Assembly (NCBI RefSeq): GCF_006345805.1
Contig: NW_021835341.1
Span: 1-41,081 of the forward strand
Direction: 5' to 3'
From: Octopus sinensis
Taxonomy: Eukaryota
DNA length: 41,081 nucleotides
Shown: positions 11,502-23,282 of the stretch, in pieces
How the letters are laid out: every line of letters begins with the position of its first letter
Position numbering within the stretch: position 1 is the first letter of the stretch
Notes under the pieces: generated by a model
The model's database searches: none
What the model was told of the DNA's origin: nothing
Seen by the model: the letters and a program-made list of their open reading frames with translations, nothing else
Position numbers and translations under genes: made by a program

Positions 11502-12170
11502 ATTATGGGGACACACACATGCATATATATGTTTACATATATGTAGGCAGAAGGTGTTTGTTAATAAGTAATTTAATCGGAGAAACCATCCGTAAGTGAC
11601 GACCACCACGGAGACGAACGTATATTGGGAAGATGTTACATCGCAGCAAGTTAGCCAGGCGTGTATATATGTCTAACTAAATTTTTGTTTTCTACAAGTC
11701 ATAGCTTCATTGTGTGTAGATTTTTTTCTTTTTGCTTTTATACTGTTTTTATTTGTTTTTTCTTTATCTATTTCTATACTTTTTTGAGGAAGTGTTTTGA
11801 AATTGCTGTTCCGTTCCTGTTGTGTCACAGACAAGTACACACCGAGAGGAACGCGTATGTTGTATTCATTATTATCTGTCATATATGTGTGTATGTAGTT
11901 ATATATGTAATATATATATATATATATAATTAATATATATATATAAAAATGTATATATATAAAATATATATATATGGGTGTGTATATGCACATATATAGA
12001 CCACACATATATATATATAATATATATGCATGTATGTGTGTGTATATTTACACACACACAAACACACACACACACAGATAAATATATATATATATATACA
12101 TATGCATATATACATACGCTCAGAGACACAGAGACGCTCACACCCTTATGCATGTATGTATGCTATGCGT
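10840..12170. repeat. Compound microsatellite blocks (TA, TG, TCTA, TACA, CA, CT) with short unique spacers
   Basis: Directly visible. Confidence 0.9.
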
Positions 12171-12689
12171 GTGTATTTCTTCAGGAAACTGCGTACCTCG
12201 AAGCAGAAAAGCTATAAATAATACCGTACAAATGTTGACTTAAAACTTTCGAAAGCAACTGTTGGAGACAAAACCATATCCCTTGATATCAGCAAAATGT
12301 ACAGCATCAGCGCCAAGCAGTGATTAGGTATATATAAACCTTAGGCTAGTAAATATATGTGATAGATTTTAAAAGGCATATCGCGGAGAAAAAAATTCTT
12401 TCTTATGATAAAAAGGGTAAAAAGACTATATCTGACCACTGCTTCCCTCTAGCGGATTCCCAGACGCACGTTTCTAGCTCTTTCACCTTCTTGAATAGGA
12501 AAAACAGAAAAGAGATAAAAGATATAAACCTGGGCTAATTCACACAGGTAGCCTTAATTAAAACATCAAAAATAAAAAAAAAACAAAAGTGTCAGTTTCA
12601 TCGACTAAGTTGCACTAATGGGTGGCTTGGTTGGATTAATAATAGCAGCAACAGCAGCGCCAAGCAGTGGATTAAGTATAAGCTACCTT

Positions 12690-12989
12690 TCGATGTTCCT
12701 TCTCGAGCCACGCCTGACTCATAGGGCCGGTTTCCCGGTTTCCTTGGTGTATAGGTTCCCCACCTGGACGGGACGCCGGTCCGTCGCGGATGAGCTGCAA
12801 GATGCAAGAGGATAAAGTGTGAGAAAGCTGTAGCGAAAGAGTCAGCAGAAGTTCGCCATTACCTTCTGCCGGAGCCGCGTAGAGTTTAGGTGTTTCGCTC
12901 ATAAACACACACATCGCCCGGTCTGAGATTCGAACCCGCGATCCTTCGACCACGAGCCCGCTGCTCTAACCCCTAGGCCATGTGCCTCC
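12690..12989 (-). mobile_element. SINE family C (tRNA head, V-domain-like 3' part), diverged
   Basis: Reverse complement reads ggaggcacatggcctaggggttagagcagc..gggttcgaatctcagaccggg..gacggaccggcgtcccgtccagg..gaaaccgggaaaccggccc. Confidence 0.85.
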
Positions 12990-13063
12990 GTAAACGAACT
13001 TTAGGTTAGTTAAATGTGATTGTGACATATTTTAACTTCTAAAAGCAAATTCACTGTAGTTAC

Positions 13064-13128
13064 CAAGGAGGAAAATTCTCTGTTCGGTATTTCCCATAGA
13101 GGAAGGTTAAAGAGCCAGAAATGCGCGT
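13064..13128 (-). CDS. Candidate 65-nt exon (speculative)
   Basis: ttctctctaccgtatttccag|ACGCGC...CCTTG|gtaact; phase 1 to 0 reading AHFWLFNLPLWEIPNREFSSL; could be chance. Confidence 0.2.
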
Positions 13129-13314
13129 CTGGAAATACGGTAGAGAGAAGTACAAGGCAACTTTGGTGTTTTTACACCTTTTACCATATGAAAGAATTTT
13201 GTTTCCACGGTAACTCTCGGCAACATAGGCACTTAAAACAATAAGTGGAATTACGAAGTCATAATCACTTGCGAGTAACGGTAATATTTTAGGTTTACTA
13301 GGAAGAACAAAAGT

Positions 13315-13628
13315 GGAGGTGCAATGGCCCAGTGTTTAGGGCAGCAGACTTGCGGTTGGAGGATTCCGGTTTCGATTCCTAGACCGGGCGTTGTGTGTGT
13401 TTATTGAGTGAAAACCCCTAAAAGCTCCACGAGGCTCCGGCAGAGGGTGATGGCGACCCCTGTTCTACTCTTTCGCCACAACTTTCTCTCACTCTCTCTT
13501 CCTGCTTCTTGAGTAACGCTGCGATGGACTGACGTTCCGTCCAGCTGGGGGGAACACATACGCCACAGAAACCGGGAAACCGGGCCCACGAGCCTGGCTA
13601 GGTTTGAAAAGGGCGAAAGAGGAAGAGA
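13315..13628 (+). mobile_element. SINE family C, full length, with TSD
   Basis: A-box tggcccagtgt, B-box ggtttcgattcc; TSD ggaagaaYaaaa at 13301-13312 and 13629-13640. Confidence 0.9.
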
Positions 13629-13646
13629 GGAAGAATAAAAATATTC

Positions 13647-14340
13647 TCACGTTTCAGACAGTAATATGTGTCTGTTGATTTTATTCTCCCATTGAATAAA
13701 ATAATGATAGAAGATATTCGACTCATAATCTTTCCCTCTTTTAGAATCAGTATACTGACTGCTTTTTACATTGGTGACTTTGAACTCTTTCTCTACCAAT
13801 GGAACCTGAAAGCGTGGAAGCATCTTGGCATTTTTGTTCGAATTTCCTGCACCATCTCTCCATGCTTTCACTCGAGTCTTGAGAAAGTCATGAAGCATGA
13901 ATGGTCATCGAAGCTTAGGTAGACACCGTACTGAAAGCACAAGATCTCAAAACTACCAAGTAATAGTCTATTGTCAACTAACTTTAACCGGTTGCTTACT
14001 CGGGGTAGAATGTTTTTGACGTCGCCATTTTCTTTAAAGTATTATCATGCATCTTCTCAAGATGTCGGATTCCATTTTGCGTAAACTGTTGCAATCTCAG
14101 ACCCCCGAGTGCTGAAACTGTTGTTTTCATCTTACCTCATTTGACAATGCAATCATATTCTGTGTCGATCTCAAAGTTTACTATGTTGCTTGAATTATGG
14201 GTGTTACCTCATCCCTGAAGTCCTTGCAGTGATATCAATCACTTATCAGCAACACTAATTTCCACTCACCTTTATTTGCAGATTCATGGTATCTGAGAAC
14301 AGGACCACAGATATGGGGTACTCTGCCATAATGCCCTTTG
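13647..14340 (-). pseudogene. Possible decayed coding fragment of unknown, probably transposon, origin
   Basis: About 700 bp of balanced-composition unique DNA with several stop-interrupted open stretches (e.g. HDFLKTRVKAWRDGAGNSNKNAKMLPRF..); family not recognised. Confidence 0.25.
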
Positions 14341-15044
14341 CGTGACTTCGTTATTTGGTGGTGAAATTACATGCAGTAAACCTTATCTGCAGGGAATCCA
14401 TAGATCGGCTCCACGAGATTGACTCTCTGGTGTTATCTGTAACTCACAATACAAACGCGACGTGTCTATGCATGTTGTTTTCCTATAGTAATGTAGGACT
14501 TGACCAAAAACACGACTGCGAAGTGAAATTCTTAACCACACAGCCACACACACGCACACACACACACACATACACACACATTCACACTCACACATACATT
14601 CATACTCACACACAAACTTACATCTGTAAATATGTATGAGTGTACGAACGTGTGCATGGAAAAAGATATTGCGAGTATCGCTATTTTTCGATCTAACTAT
14701 TTCAGGATTTTGCCGACTCGTGACCAAATCGGATTCCTATAAATACATTAAAGGGAAAATGAATGAATGAATACAATAAAAGAATCCCGCACACGAAAGG
14801 GGTTTTAATTTAATCCTTTATAGATGATTTATCTTACAGGCTCTTCTCTCGGATTTTCCTCCAGACGTCTTGGTGCCATAACTACAGATATAGATCTCGC
14901 GTCTTTATTATATTACTACTGGATACTTGATACTAATCCTCAATCAGTTCTTTGAACAATGAAATTTACTGCTTATATAAAGTATTGCGTTCGAATCGGC
15001 GGTACGCTTTATTCTGTTATACTTTTAATAATTTCGCTCAGTAA

Positions 15045-15450
15045 GGCGGTGAGATGGCAGAAACGTTAGCACGCCGGGCGAAATTCTTAGTGGTATTTCA
15101 TCTGCAGTTACGTTCTGAGTTGAAATTCCGCTGAGGTCGACTTTGTCTTTCATCCTTTCGGGGTCGATAAATTAAGTACCAGTTACGCACTGGGGTCGAT
15201 ATAATCGACTTAATCCGTTTGTCTGTCCTTGTTTGTCCTCTCTGTGTTTAGCCCCTTGTGGGTAGTAAAGAAATAGGTATTTCGTCTGCCGTTACATTCT
15301 GAGTTCAAATTCCGCCGAGGTCGACTTTGCCTTTCATCCTTTCGGGGTCAATAAATTAAGTACCAGTTACGCACTAGGGTCGATGCAATCGACTTAAACC
15401 CTTTGTTTGTCCCTTCTATGTTTAGCCCCCTCTGGAAATAAAAAAATAAA
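15045..15450 (+). mobile_element. SINE B dimer (head plus two units, period 184 bp)
   Basis: Units start at 15094 and 15278; junction aaatagg|tatttcgtc. Confidence 0.9.
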
Positions 15451-15529
15451 TATCTTGCGGTTTTGTATTCCGAATCGTTACACTGTATTCAAATCGCGAC
15501 GAGTTAACTTGAGATATATATAACAATTG

Positions 15530-15836
15530 AGGTTATGAGTTCGTGAGGTTGTGAGTTCGAAAATCGGGCCGAGCTGCGTGTTGTCTTCTTGAGCCAGACA
15601 CTTTATTTCACGTTGCTCCAGTTCACTCAGCTGTAGAAATGAGTTGTGGCGTCACAGGCGCCAAGCTGCATCGGCCTTTGCCTTTCCCTTGGATAACACT
15701 GGTGGCGTGGTGAGGGGTGGCCGGTATGCATGGGCGACTGCTGGTCTTCCATGAACAAACTTGCCCGGACTTGTGCCTGGAAGGGCAAGTTTCTATGTGC
15801 AATCCCATGGTCAGTCATGACCGAAGGGGGTCTCAG
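15530..15836 (+). mobile_element. SINE family E head with tail G
   Basis: B-box gagttcga, then cttgagccagacactttatttcacgttgctccagttcactcagctgtagaaatgagt; 3' hairpin ggtca-gtca-tgacc then gaagggggtctc. Confidence 0.7.
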
Positions 15837-16144
15837 CATATATAATTGTTAAAGAGGACAACAAGCAATAGGGCAAAGCAAACATCTGAAGTCATATACA
15901 ATATTATTACTGGAAATTTTTTTTTCCAATACTAATGATATTGTATACTACTTGAGTTGTTTGCCTTCCCTTCATGCTTGTTATCCTCTTTAACAATTAT
16001 CTATCTGCTGCATCGGAAATCTGCAAAAGCTCCATTACTAACGCGTCGACAATAACCTTGGAGCCTCAGCAATCTGTTATGGCACTTACCAAGCGTACCT
16101 AACCGTTTAGATCACCTGTGAACTAAACCGCCATATTTTGCGTG

Positions 16145-16310
16145 TATGTATATATATATATATATAATATATATAGTTCTTTTCATTTGTCTTGCTCGCT
16201 TAAGTTCTGGTGTTAGTTGAGAACATTACTTTCTTAATGGTAAGACCATAGCGGATCTACTTCTAAATATACATACATATATATAATATATATATACATT
16301 ATATATATAT

Positions 16311-16362
<52 letters not shown>

Positions 16363-16450
16363 TATATATATATATTATATATATATATATGTGTGTTGTG
16401 TGTGTGTGTGTGTGTGTAGGTGTGTGTGTGTGTGGGTATACATATATATA
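16145..16450. repeat. (TA)n/(TG)n microsatellite
   Basis: Directly visible. Confidence 0.95.
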
Positions 16451-16544
16451 CCTGTTGGATAACCAGGAAAATTTGAGTTTCACAAGAACGAAGTTTTATT
16501 TCCTGGTTTTTTTTTCTTTTCCAGGTTATTTCGCATGCTTTCAA

Positions 16545-16672
16545 AGAATGTGGCAAAAAAGACCGATAGAATGAGTACTAGGCTTACAAGAATAAGTGCT
16601 GGGGTCGATTTGCTCGACTAAAGGCGGCCCTCCAGCATGGCCGCAGTCAAATGACTGAAACAAGTAAAAGAG
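16545..16672 (+). mobile_element. SINE A 3' fragment followed by (TACA)n
   Basis: ggcaaaaaagaccgatagaatgagtactaggcttacaagaataagtgctggggtcg..gaaacaagtaaaagag. Confidence 0.85.
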
Positions 16673-17449
16673 TATACATATATACATACATACATACATA
16701 CATACATACGTATACATACATACATACATACATACATTCGTAGTACACAGACTCACGCCAACAAATATATATATCTGACACGCTTATCTACTTGGATGAG
16801 ATCAATAGATAACGTTGCTTTTACACGTCTCTATCGATATCCTCATTTTAGCGTGTCACTTTGCCACTCTTATACATAATCTTATTGCAGGCCTCTTAAA
16901 AGATATTTTAGCAATAGCGTCTTGTGATGTCTACTTCTTCGCTTAGTTAAGAACAGCCGAACAAAATGATTTCAGCATTTCATGCTTAAAACCTAAAAAT
17001 TGACTGAAACAAATCTGGGTCCCTTCTCAGAAATTAAAGAAGAATACAAATAAAAGGGAAAACAAAATAAGCCAAAAAAAGCCTTAAGAAAACAAATGAC
17101 ATAGAACCTGACAATCGTTATGTTGTTCGGGATTACAATACGGTAGGGGTCTCTGAAGGGAATAGCTGTCACGTGACATAACGCCTGCCATTTCCAGTTT
17201 AACCCTACAGATGATGATCTAACTTTGTTTTTTTAGTTATATTTCTTAAAAGTAATTTCTTTGTTTTTCTTTGTTTTTTTTTGGGGGGGGGGTCTCAGTC
17301 AGCCTACCTTCCTACCTCACTTCATACATGTCCCGCCTACCCTCCACAAAATTATCTTCGCGAAGATAAGATAAGCAATTCACAAAAGAGACAAAAAAAA
17401 AGAGCGAGCTAGGACAGGGGTGGAATTGTCGTGAGTATGGTTGACTAGA

Positions 17450-17740
17450 TATGTGTGTGTGTATGCGTATGAGCGCATGTGCTGAATGTACTCTACACAC
17501 ATACACACACACACACACAGACATGCACCTACACATATGCATGCGCACACATACGCACACGCATATGCACATACATACGCACACACATGCACATACACGT
17601 ATGCACACACATACACACACACGCGCGCACACAGGTGCACACACATGCACACATACATGCACACACACACATGCATATATACACACGCACACACATACAT
17701 GCACACACACATACACACACTCACGCACGCACGCACACAT

Positions 17741-17771
<31 letters not shown>

Positions 17772-17970
17772 CATACATATATATATATATGTATATATAC
17801 ATTATACATACATATGTATATATGTATATATGTATATATATATATATACATATATATATATGTATATATACAATATACATACATATGTATATATGTATAT
17901 ATGTATATATATATATATACATATATATGTATGTGTATATATACGTATATAGATACATACATATATATAC

Positions 17971-18006
<36 letters not shown>

Positions 18007-18036
18007 TATACATATATATATATATTATATATATAC

Positions 18037-18096
<60 letters not shown>

Positions 18097-18115
18097 TATA
18101 GATATATATACAAGA
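17450..18115. repeat. Compound (CA)/(TA)/(TACA) microsatellite
   Basis: Directly visible; source of the 200-300 aa spurious ORFs. Confidence 0.95.
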
Positions 18116-18311
18116 CATGGGAGTAGCGAACTGCACATGTGCTACGTTTTGTGAGTGTGAAAATATGTATGAGAGTGTTGATGTGAAGGCAATTGCTAAC
18201 TTCAAGGTATTTGCTAATTTGTTTTATATACTATAGACGTAGAGAGTCATGGGCGAGTCTATTTCTGTGATGTGTATGTGTAGGTGTTTCTGTATCTGTG
18301 TGTTGTTGGAG

Positions 18312-18465
18312 GGCTGTGTCGTTAAATTGTTTACTTCATAACCACGTGGAATCATATTCACTCCCACTGCGTGGCACCTTGGGCTACTGTCTTCTACTAT
18401 AGCCTCGGGCTAACCAAATCATGTGAGTGCATTTGGTAGAGGTAAACTGAAAGAAGACCGTAGTA

Positions 18466-18497
<32 letters not shown>

Positions 18498-18740
18498 AAT
18501 ATGTGTATGTGTGTGTATATGTTTGTGTGTCTGTGTTTGTCCCCCCACCATCGCTTGATAACTGATGGTGGTATGTCTACGTCTCCGTAACCTAGCGGTT
18601 TGGCAAAAGCGAGCCGATAGAATAAGTACTAGGCTTACAAAGAATAAGTTATGGGGTTGATTTGCTCGACTAAAGGCGGTGCTCCAGCATGGCCGCAGTC
18701 AAATGACTGAAACAAGTAAAAGAGTAAATGAGTAAAAGAG
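18312..18740 (+). mobile_element. SINE A, near full length
   Basis: Head through tail, collinear with 3378-3810. Confidence 0.88.
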
Positions 18741-18856
18741 ATAGCTCCAGACTGATCAATTCCTCGTGAGTGAATTTGGTAAACAGAAACCGTGTGGAAG
18801 CCCTTCAAATGTATGTATGTATGTATGTATGTATGTATGTATGTATGTATGTATGT

Positions 18857-19315
18857 GCAACTCGAGCACATGAGAAAGTAAGGAGGGATGTCAGGAAGGG
18901 CATCGCTGTTACACTTCCAGAAGGGAAGGGTCTTCCTATGATGCTGACATGCAGTGTCTCTGCAAGACCCTGCCTCAGTAAAGCTGGACTCATGAGTCAT
19001 CTTCGTAGTCATAAAACGAGACAGATGAGTGACAACCTGGCCACTGGTGGTGGTGTTACACACCATACTAATCATATCTGTCGGGCATGTGGAAGAGAGT
19101 GTAATTCGGCAGGAGGACTTAAACGATATGCAAAGGTACATGAAGCCCAGTTACAACTACAGCCGGCTATTACCGTAATGGTTTTAGGTGCCAATTCTGT
19201 ACAAGACAATGTAGATCTTTAGCTGGGCTAAAAAGTCACATTCGATCACAGCACCAGTAACAGTTAAGCTTCGTGCAATGGCCATACTTGATAAGGAGGG
19301 GGCAGCCATAATAAT
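18857..19315 (+). mobile_element. 3' end of an RTE-type LINE with three C2H2 zinc fingers
   Basis: RAHEKVRRDVRKG..CSV(S)ARPCLSKAGLMSHLRSH..CRACGRECNSAGGLKR(Y)AKVH..[frameshift]..CQFCTRQCRSLAGLKSHIRSQHQ* (stop 19258-19260); short 3'UTR; 5' break in (ATGT)n. Confidence 0.72.
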
Positions 19316-19630
19316 GTATGTATGATTATGTGCAGATTTGTATATTTCGTTTTATGGATGTATTCTCATGCATATACTAGACATGCTCATATATACACAA
19401 ATGATAAACTTCTGGAAAGTTTTACAGATTTTTACAGTTCTAGTGATGGCTTTGATCCGTAGTCTTCGAATTAGCTTTCTCCCTTCTGGTTTTTAAAAGC
19501 TTTATTTTCTCAAGATTGGTATAGAGGCAGTGTGTTACTTATCCCAGTGCTCCGGTAATTGCGGGTATAAACATGAACTTGGAATATGGATGGAGTAACT
19601 GTAGATTTTTCAGTAGTTCAGTAGTGTTTG
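19316..19630 (-). mobile_element. 3' end of a second RLE-type (R4/Dong-like) LINE with a (TACA)n tail
   Basis: TELLKNLQLLHPYSKFMFIPAITGALG*VTHCLYTNLEK..PEGRKLIRRLRIKAITRTVKICKTFQKFII; the P-x-I-x-GALG motif is shared with the 778-1360 element. Confidence 0.75.
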
Positions 19631-19635
19631 TGGTA

Positions 19636-19687
<52 letters not shown>

Positions 19688-19903
19688 TGTGTGTGTGTGT
19701 GTGTTTGTGTATACCTGTGCGGAAAAAAGTGATGGACTAAAAACGCGAAAGACTGAAAATGTAAGAGAGGTAGAGATAGATAGCGCACCAGAACTAAGAC
19801 ATTTGAAATTAACACCAATGTAATCTGTGAAGCTAGGCACGTGTCTGTTCTTACACGGAGTACTGGTGGTTAGCTTTACAAATTGCATTACCTGTGGAAC
19901 GAC

Positions 19904-19976
19904 CACACTGACGAGCCTACGGACAATGGATTACATAAGTGATTCATTTGTTAATAGACGAAACCGCCGCTCTGTG
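19904..19976 (+). ncRNA. Type-I hammerhead ribozyme with a long stem II, probably in a Penelope-like terminal repeat remnant
   Basis: caca-CTGACGA-[45-nt stem II, 17 of 20 pairs, ATAA loop]-GAAA-ccgccgc-TC-tgtg; predicted cleavage between 19972 and 19973. Confidence 0.72.
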
Positions 19977-20739
19977 AGTAATTCTGGTTTTCTATTTAAT
20001 TTTCATCTGTCTTGCCCGCATTTTGTTCTGGTGTTCTGCTAAATTTTCCTCTAGAGAACATTCCTTTCTTTGTAGTTTGATCGTAGGTGATCTACTTCTA
20101 GCATACGGCCGACCACCTAGTGGTTTTGCCCTTTAAATATACACATAAATATATATATATATAGATAGATATAGATAGATAGAGAGAGAAAGAGAGCGAT
20201 AGGAAGAAGAAGAATCGACTCTTGTACTTGATTACGAGATTATTAATCGATCCCAGAAGAATAAGCGGTAAAGTTGATCTTTATCATTGAGAACATACAG
20301 CACTGAATAACGGAGCAAATATCTTAAAGCTATCTACCCGATACCCACTCAGCAGTGTCTGTCATTTCATCACCTCCTTCCTTATTGGGTAATTACAGAG
20401 ACAAAATAAATATTTAAAAAAAATATCCATTGAATATTCACCAGTGTTTTCCCGAGTCACATTAGTGTAAAACTGGGAATGGCGTTGACAGAAGTGACAA
20501 GAGAAACTCAAAAGCATCTTCGCCATAACCCCCCCGAAGTACCGATGCTGTCAAGGAGATATAAATCTATAGTATAATATTATATAAACCGAACCGAATG
20601 TATTGCTATGTACCGGGACGATGTGACCATACGAGCGAGCGGATAATGGAATTTTGCTGATTGGATAACGAAAGCAGATTTGTCATAGAATAATAGTCAA
20701 GAGAAACTGAACTAGGGTGGAATAGAGAAGAGGAACGTC

Positions 20740-20748
20740 ATGGTGTGT

Positions 20749-20782
<34 letters not shown>

Positions 20783-21090
20783 TGCGTGTGCGTGTGTGTG
20801 TATGTGTGTGTGTGAGTGTGTGTGTGTGAGTGTGTGGGCGTGTGCATATATGTGTGTATGTCAATATATATATATATATATATGTACTGATATATGTACT
20901 GATATATGTACTGATATACACACATACATGCATACACATCTACACATAAGCATGTGTGTATGTGTGTATATATATATATATATCTGTATAATATAGCATA
21001 TATATATGTGTGTGTGTGTGTGTGCATGTGTGTGTGTGTGCGTGCTTTTTACATACATTACATACATACATACGCAGACACACACATACA
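20740..21090. repeat. Compound (TG)/(TA) microsatellite including 3 x TATATGTACTGA
   Basis: Directly visible. Confidence 0.9.
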
Positions 21091-21114
21091 CATATTATAA
21101 TGAACAGTATAACT

Positions 21115-21152
21115 GGATGTTATATATATATAAATCTATAATATATATATAG

Positions 21153-21209
<57 letters not shown>

Positions 21210-21298
21210 ATATATATATATATAATCTATAATATATATATAAATCTATAATATTATATATATATATATAAATCTATAATTATATATATATATATAAA

Positions 21299-21342
<44 letters not shown>

Positions 21343-21810
21343 CTAGAATAATAATATATATCTATATATATATATATAATATATAAATCTAATATATATA
21401 TATATATATATATTATAAAATCTATAATTAGATATATATATATATATAAAATCATATATATATCATATTCTATATATATAAATCTATATATATATATATA
21501 TATTATAATATAGATATATATAAATCTATAATATATATATAGAATATACTATATATATAATCTATATATATAATATAATATATATAAATCTATAATATAG
21601 TATATATATATATATAAATCTATAATATATTATATCTATATAAATCTATAATATATATATATATATATAAAATCTATAGATATATATATATATAAATCTA
21701 GAATAATATATATATATATCTATAATTTAAATATATAATAATATAAATCTATAATATATATATATATATATTATATATATATAATCTATAATAGATATAT
21801 ATATATATAT
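21115..21810. repeat. Extremely AT-rich minisatellite: (TA)n punctuated by AAATCTATAAT
   Basis: Recurrent tatataaatctataata motif at variable spacing. Confidence 0.9.
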
Positions 21811-22149
21811 GTATAAAAACATATACGTGTGGATGTAGACTCATTATACATATACACACATAGATATATGTATATACATACTCAAAGACTAACATTTACT
21901 GACACACGCATATACACGCACTTACACAATACGTATGTGCTTGTACATTCGCGTTCAAATGTGTTATATATATGAGCCTATTTGCCTGGGTGCGTGTGAG
22001 TGTGAGTGTTTGTGTGTGGCGAGGTGAGGTGTTTGTTCGCCGATGAAGGAGATGTACGCTACATAATTTCATCAAGTTGTCATGGTTTTGAAAGTACAGA
22101 ACGAAAACAGCGATGTATTAGTGATATATGAGATAATAAATAGAAAGTA

Positions 22150-22440
22150 TATAAACTATAAGCACGCACGCGTGCGCATAGACACATACAAACACACACA
22201 TACGCACACACGTATCTTTGTGCATGTGTGTGTATAAGTTTATATGTATATATATATATATATATATGTGGTGTGTGTTGTGTGTGTATGTATATATATA
22301 TATACATATATATATACATATATATACATATATTCATCTTTGCGTGCGTAGTAGTAGTAGTAGTAGTAGTAGTTGTTGTATTAGTAGTAATATCATCATC
22401 ATCATCCTCATCGGCAGCAGCATCAGTAGTTGTTGTAGTT

Positions 22441-22479
<39 letters not shown>

Positions 22480-22480
22480 T
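22150..22480. repeat. Compound microsatellite (CA, TG, TA, GTA, CAT)
   Basis: Directly visible. Confidence 0.9.
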
Positions 22481-22689
22481 AAGATGTACGTAACATGACT
22501 GAGTAGCAAAAGAAACTTTGATTGGTGCAATTATAAATCCTTCCATAGTTTTGACTTTTGTTCTATTTTGGGAGGTTCCGTTTGCTAATAATATAGAAGC
22601 ACATGCACAGATTACCTTTCACCTCTTTAAATAGGATTATTAGTCTATTAGCCTAACATTTAAGCAATTAACCAATCTATCAATCGCTC

Positions 22690-22755
22690 GCTCGCTCACT
22701 CACTCACTCACTCACTCACTCACTCACTCACTCACTCACTCACTCACTCACTCAA
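22690..22755. repeat. (CTCA)n microsatellite
   Basis: Directly visible. Confidence 0.95.
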
Positions 22756-22853
22756 CCAAATAATCTGTCAGTCAGTTAGTTAGGTTCGTCAGAATACCTT
22801 TGTAGCCAAATGTTAAAAATTTAATCAAAGAATCGATTGGTCAAATTGCTCAA

Positions 22854-23282
22854 TACCACAGATTTGCTTGTCAGTTGTTTGACCTTAACCAGTTGAGCAT
22901 GTCCCTTAGTGGCTGACGAAATGTGCATCTCTGATCACGAGCAGAAGTAGTGGGGGAGCATCATAGCCATGTGTTGAGAAGGATTCTTTGGGGTTTGAAT
23001 AATTCACCTCTGGTAACATGGGTGGTTCGTTCAACGTCCTTAAACAACCCTTATTCAGGGACTTTTGAGCGGGATGGGTTACTCGATCTGAGAAAATTCT
23101 AACTGGGCTCCACCTGCAAGGTCATGTGCTGTTATCTGATATGAGATCACCATGGCGCGCACATATGGTTGTGATGCATGTGCCTAGTGTACCCTTATCA
23201 GACGGGTAGTCATGATGGGTATACTGGGCTTCGTAATTTTTACCCCAGTGTCACTTTGATGGCATGCTCTGCTCGCTCACTC

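Noticed and set aside
13315-13390. tRNA genes at the SINE heads
   Set aside because: A/B boxes are present, but there is no complete cloverleaf and each head continues into a SINE body.
16090-16115. 26-nt minus-strand segment with good splice sites
   Set aside because: Stops in all three frames; it could only be a UTR exon, and there is no support for that.
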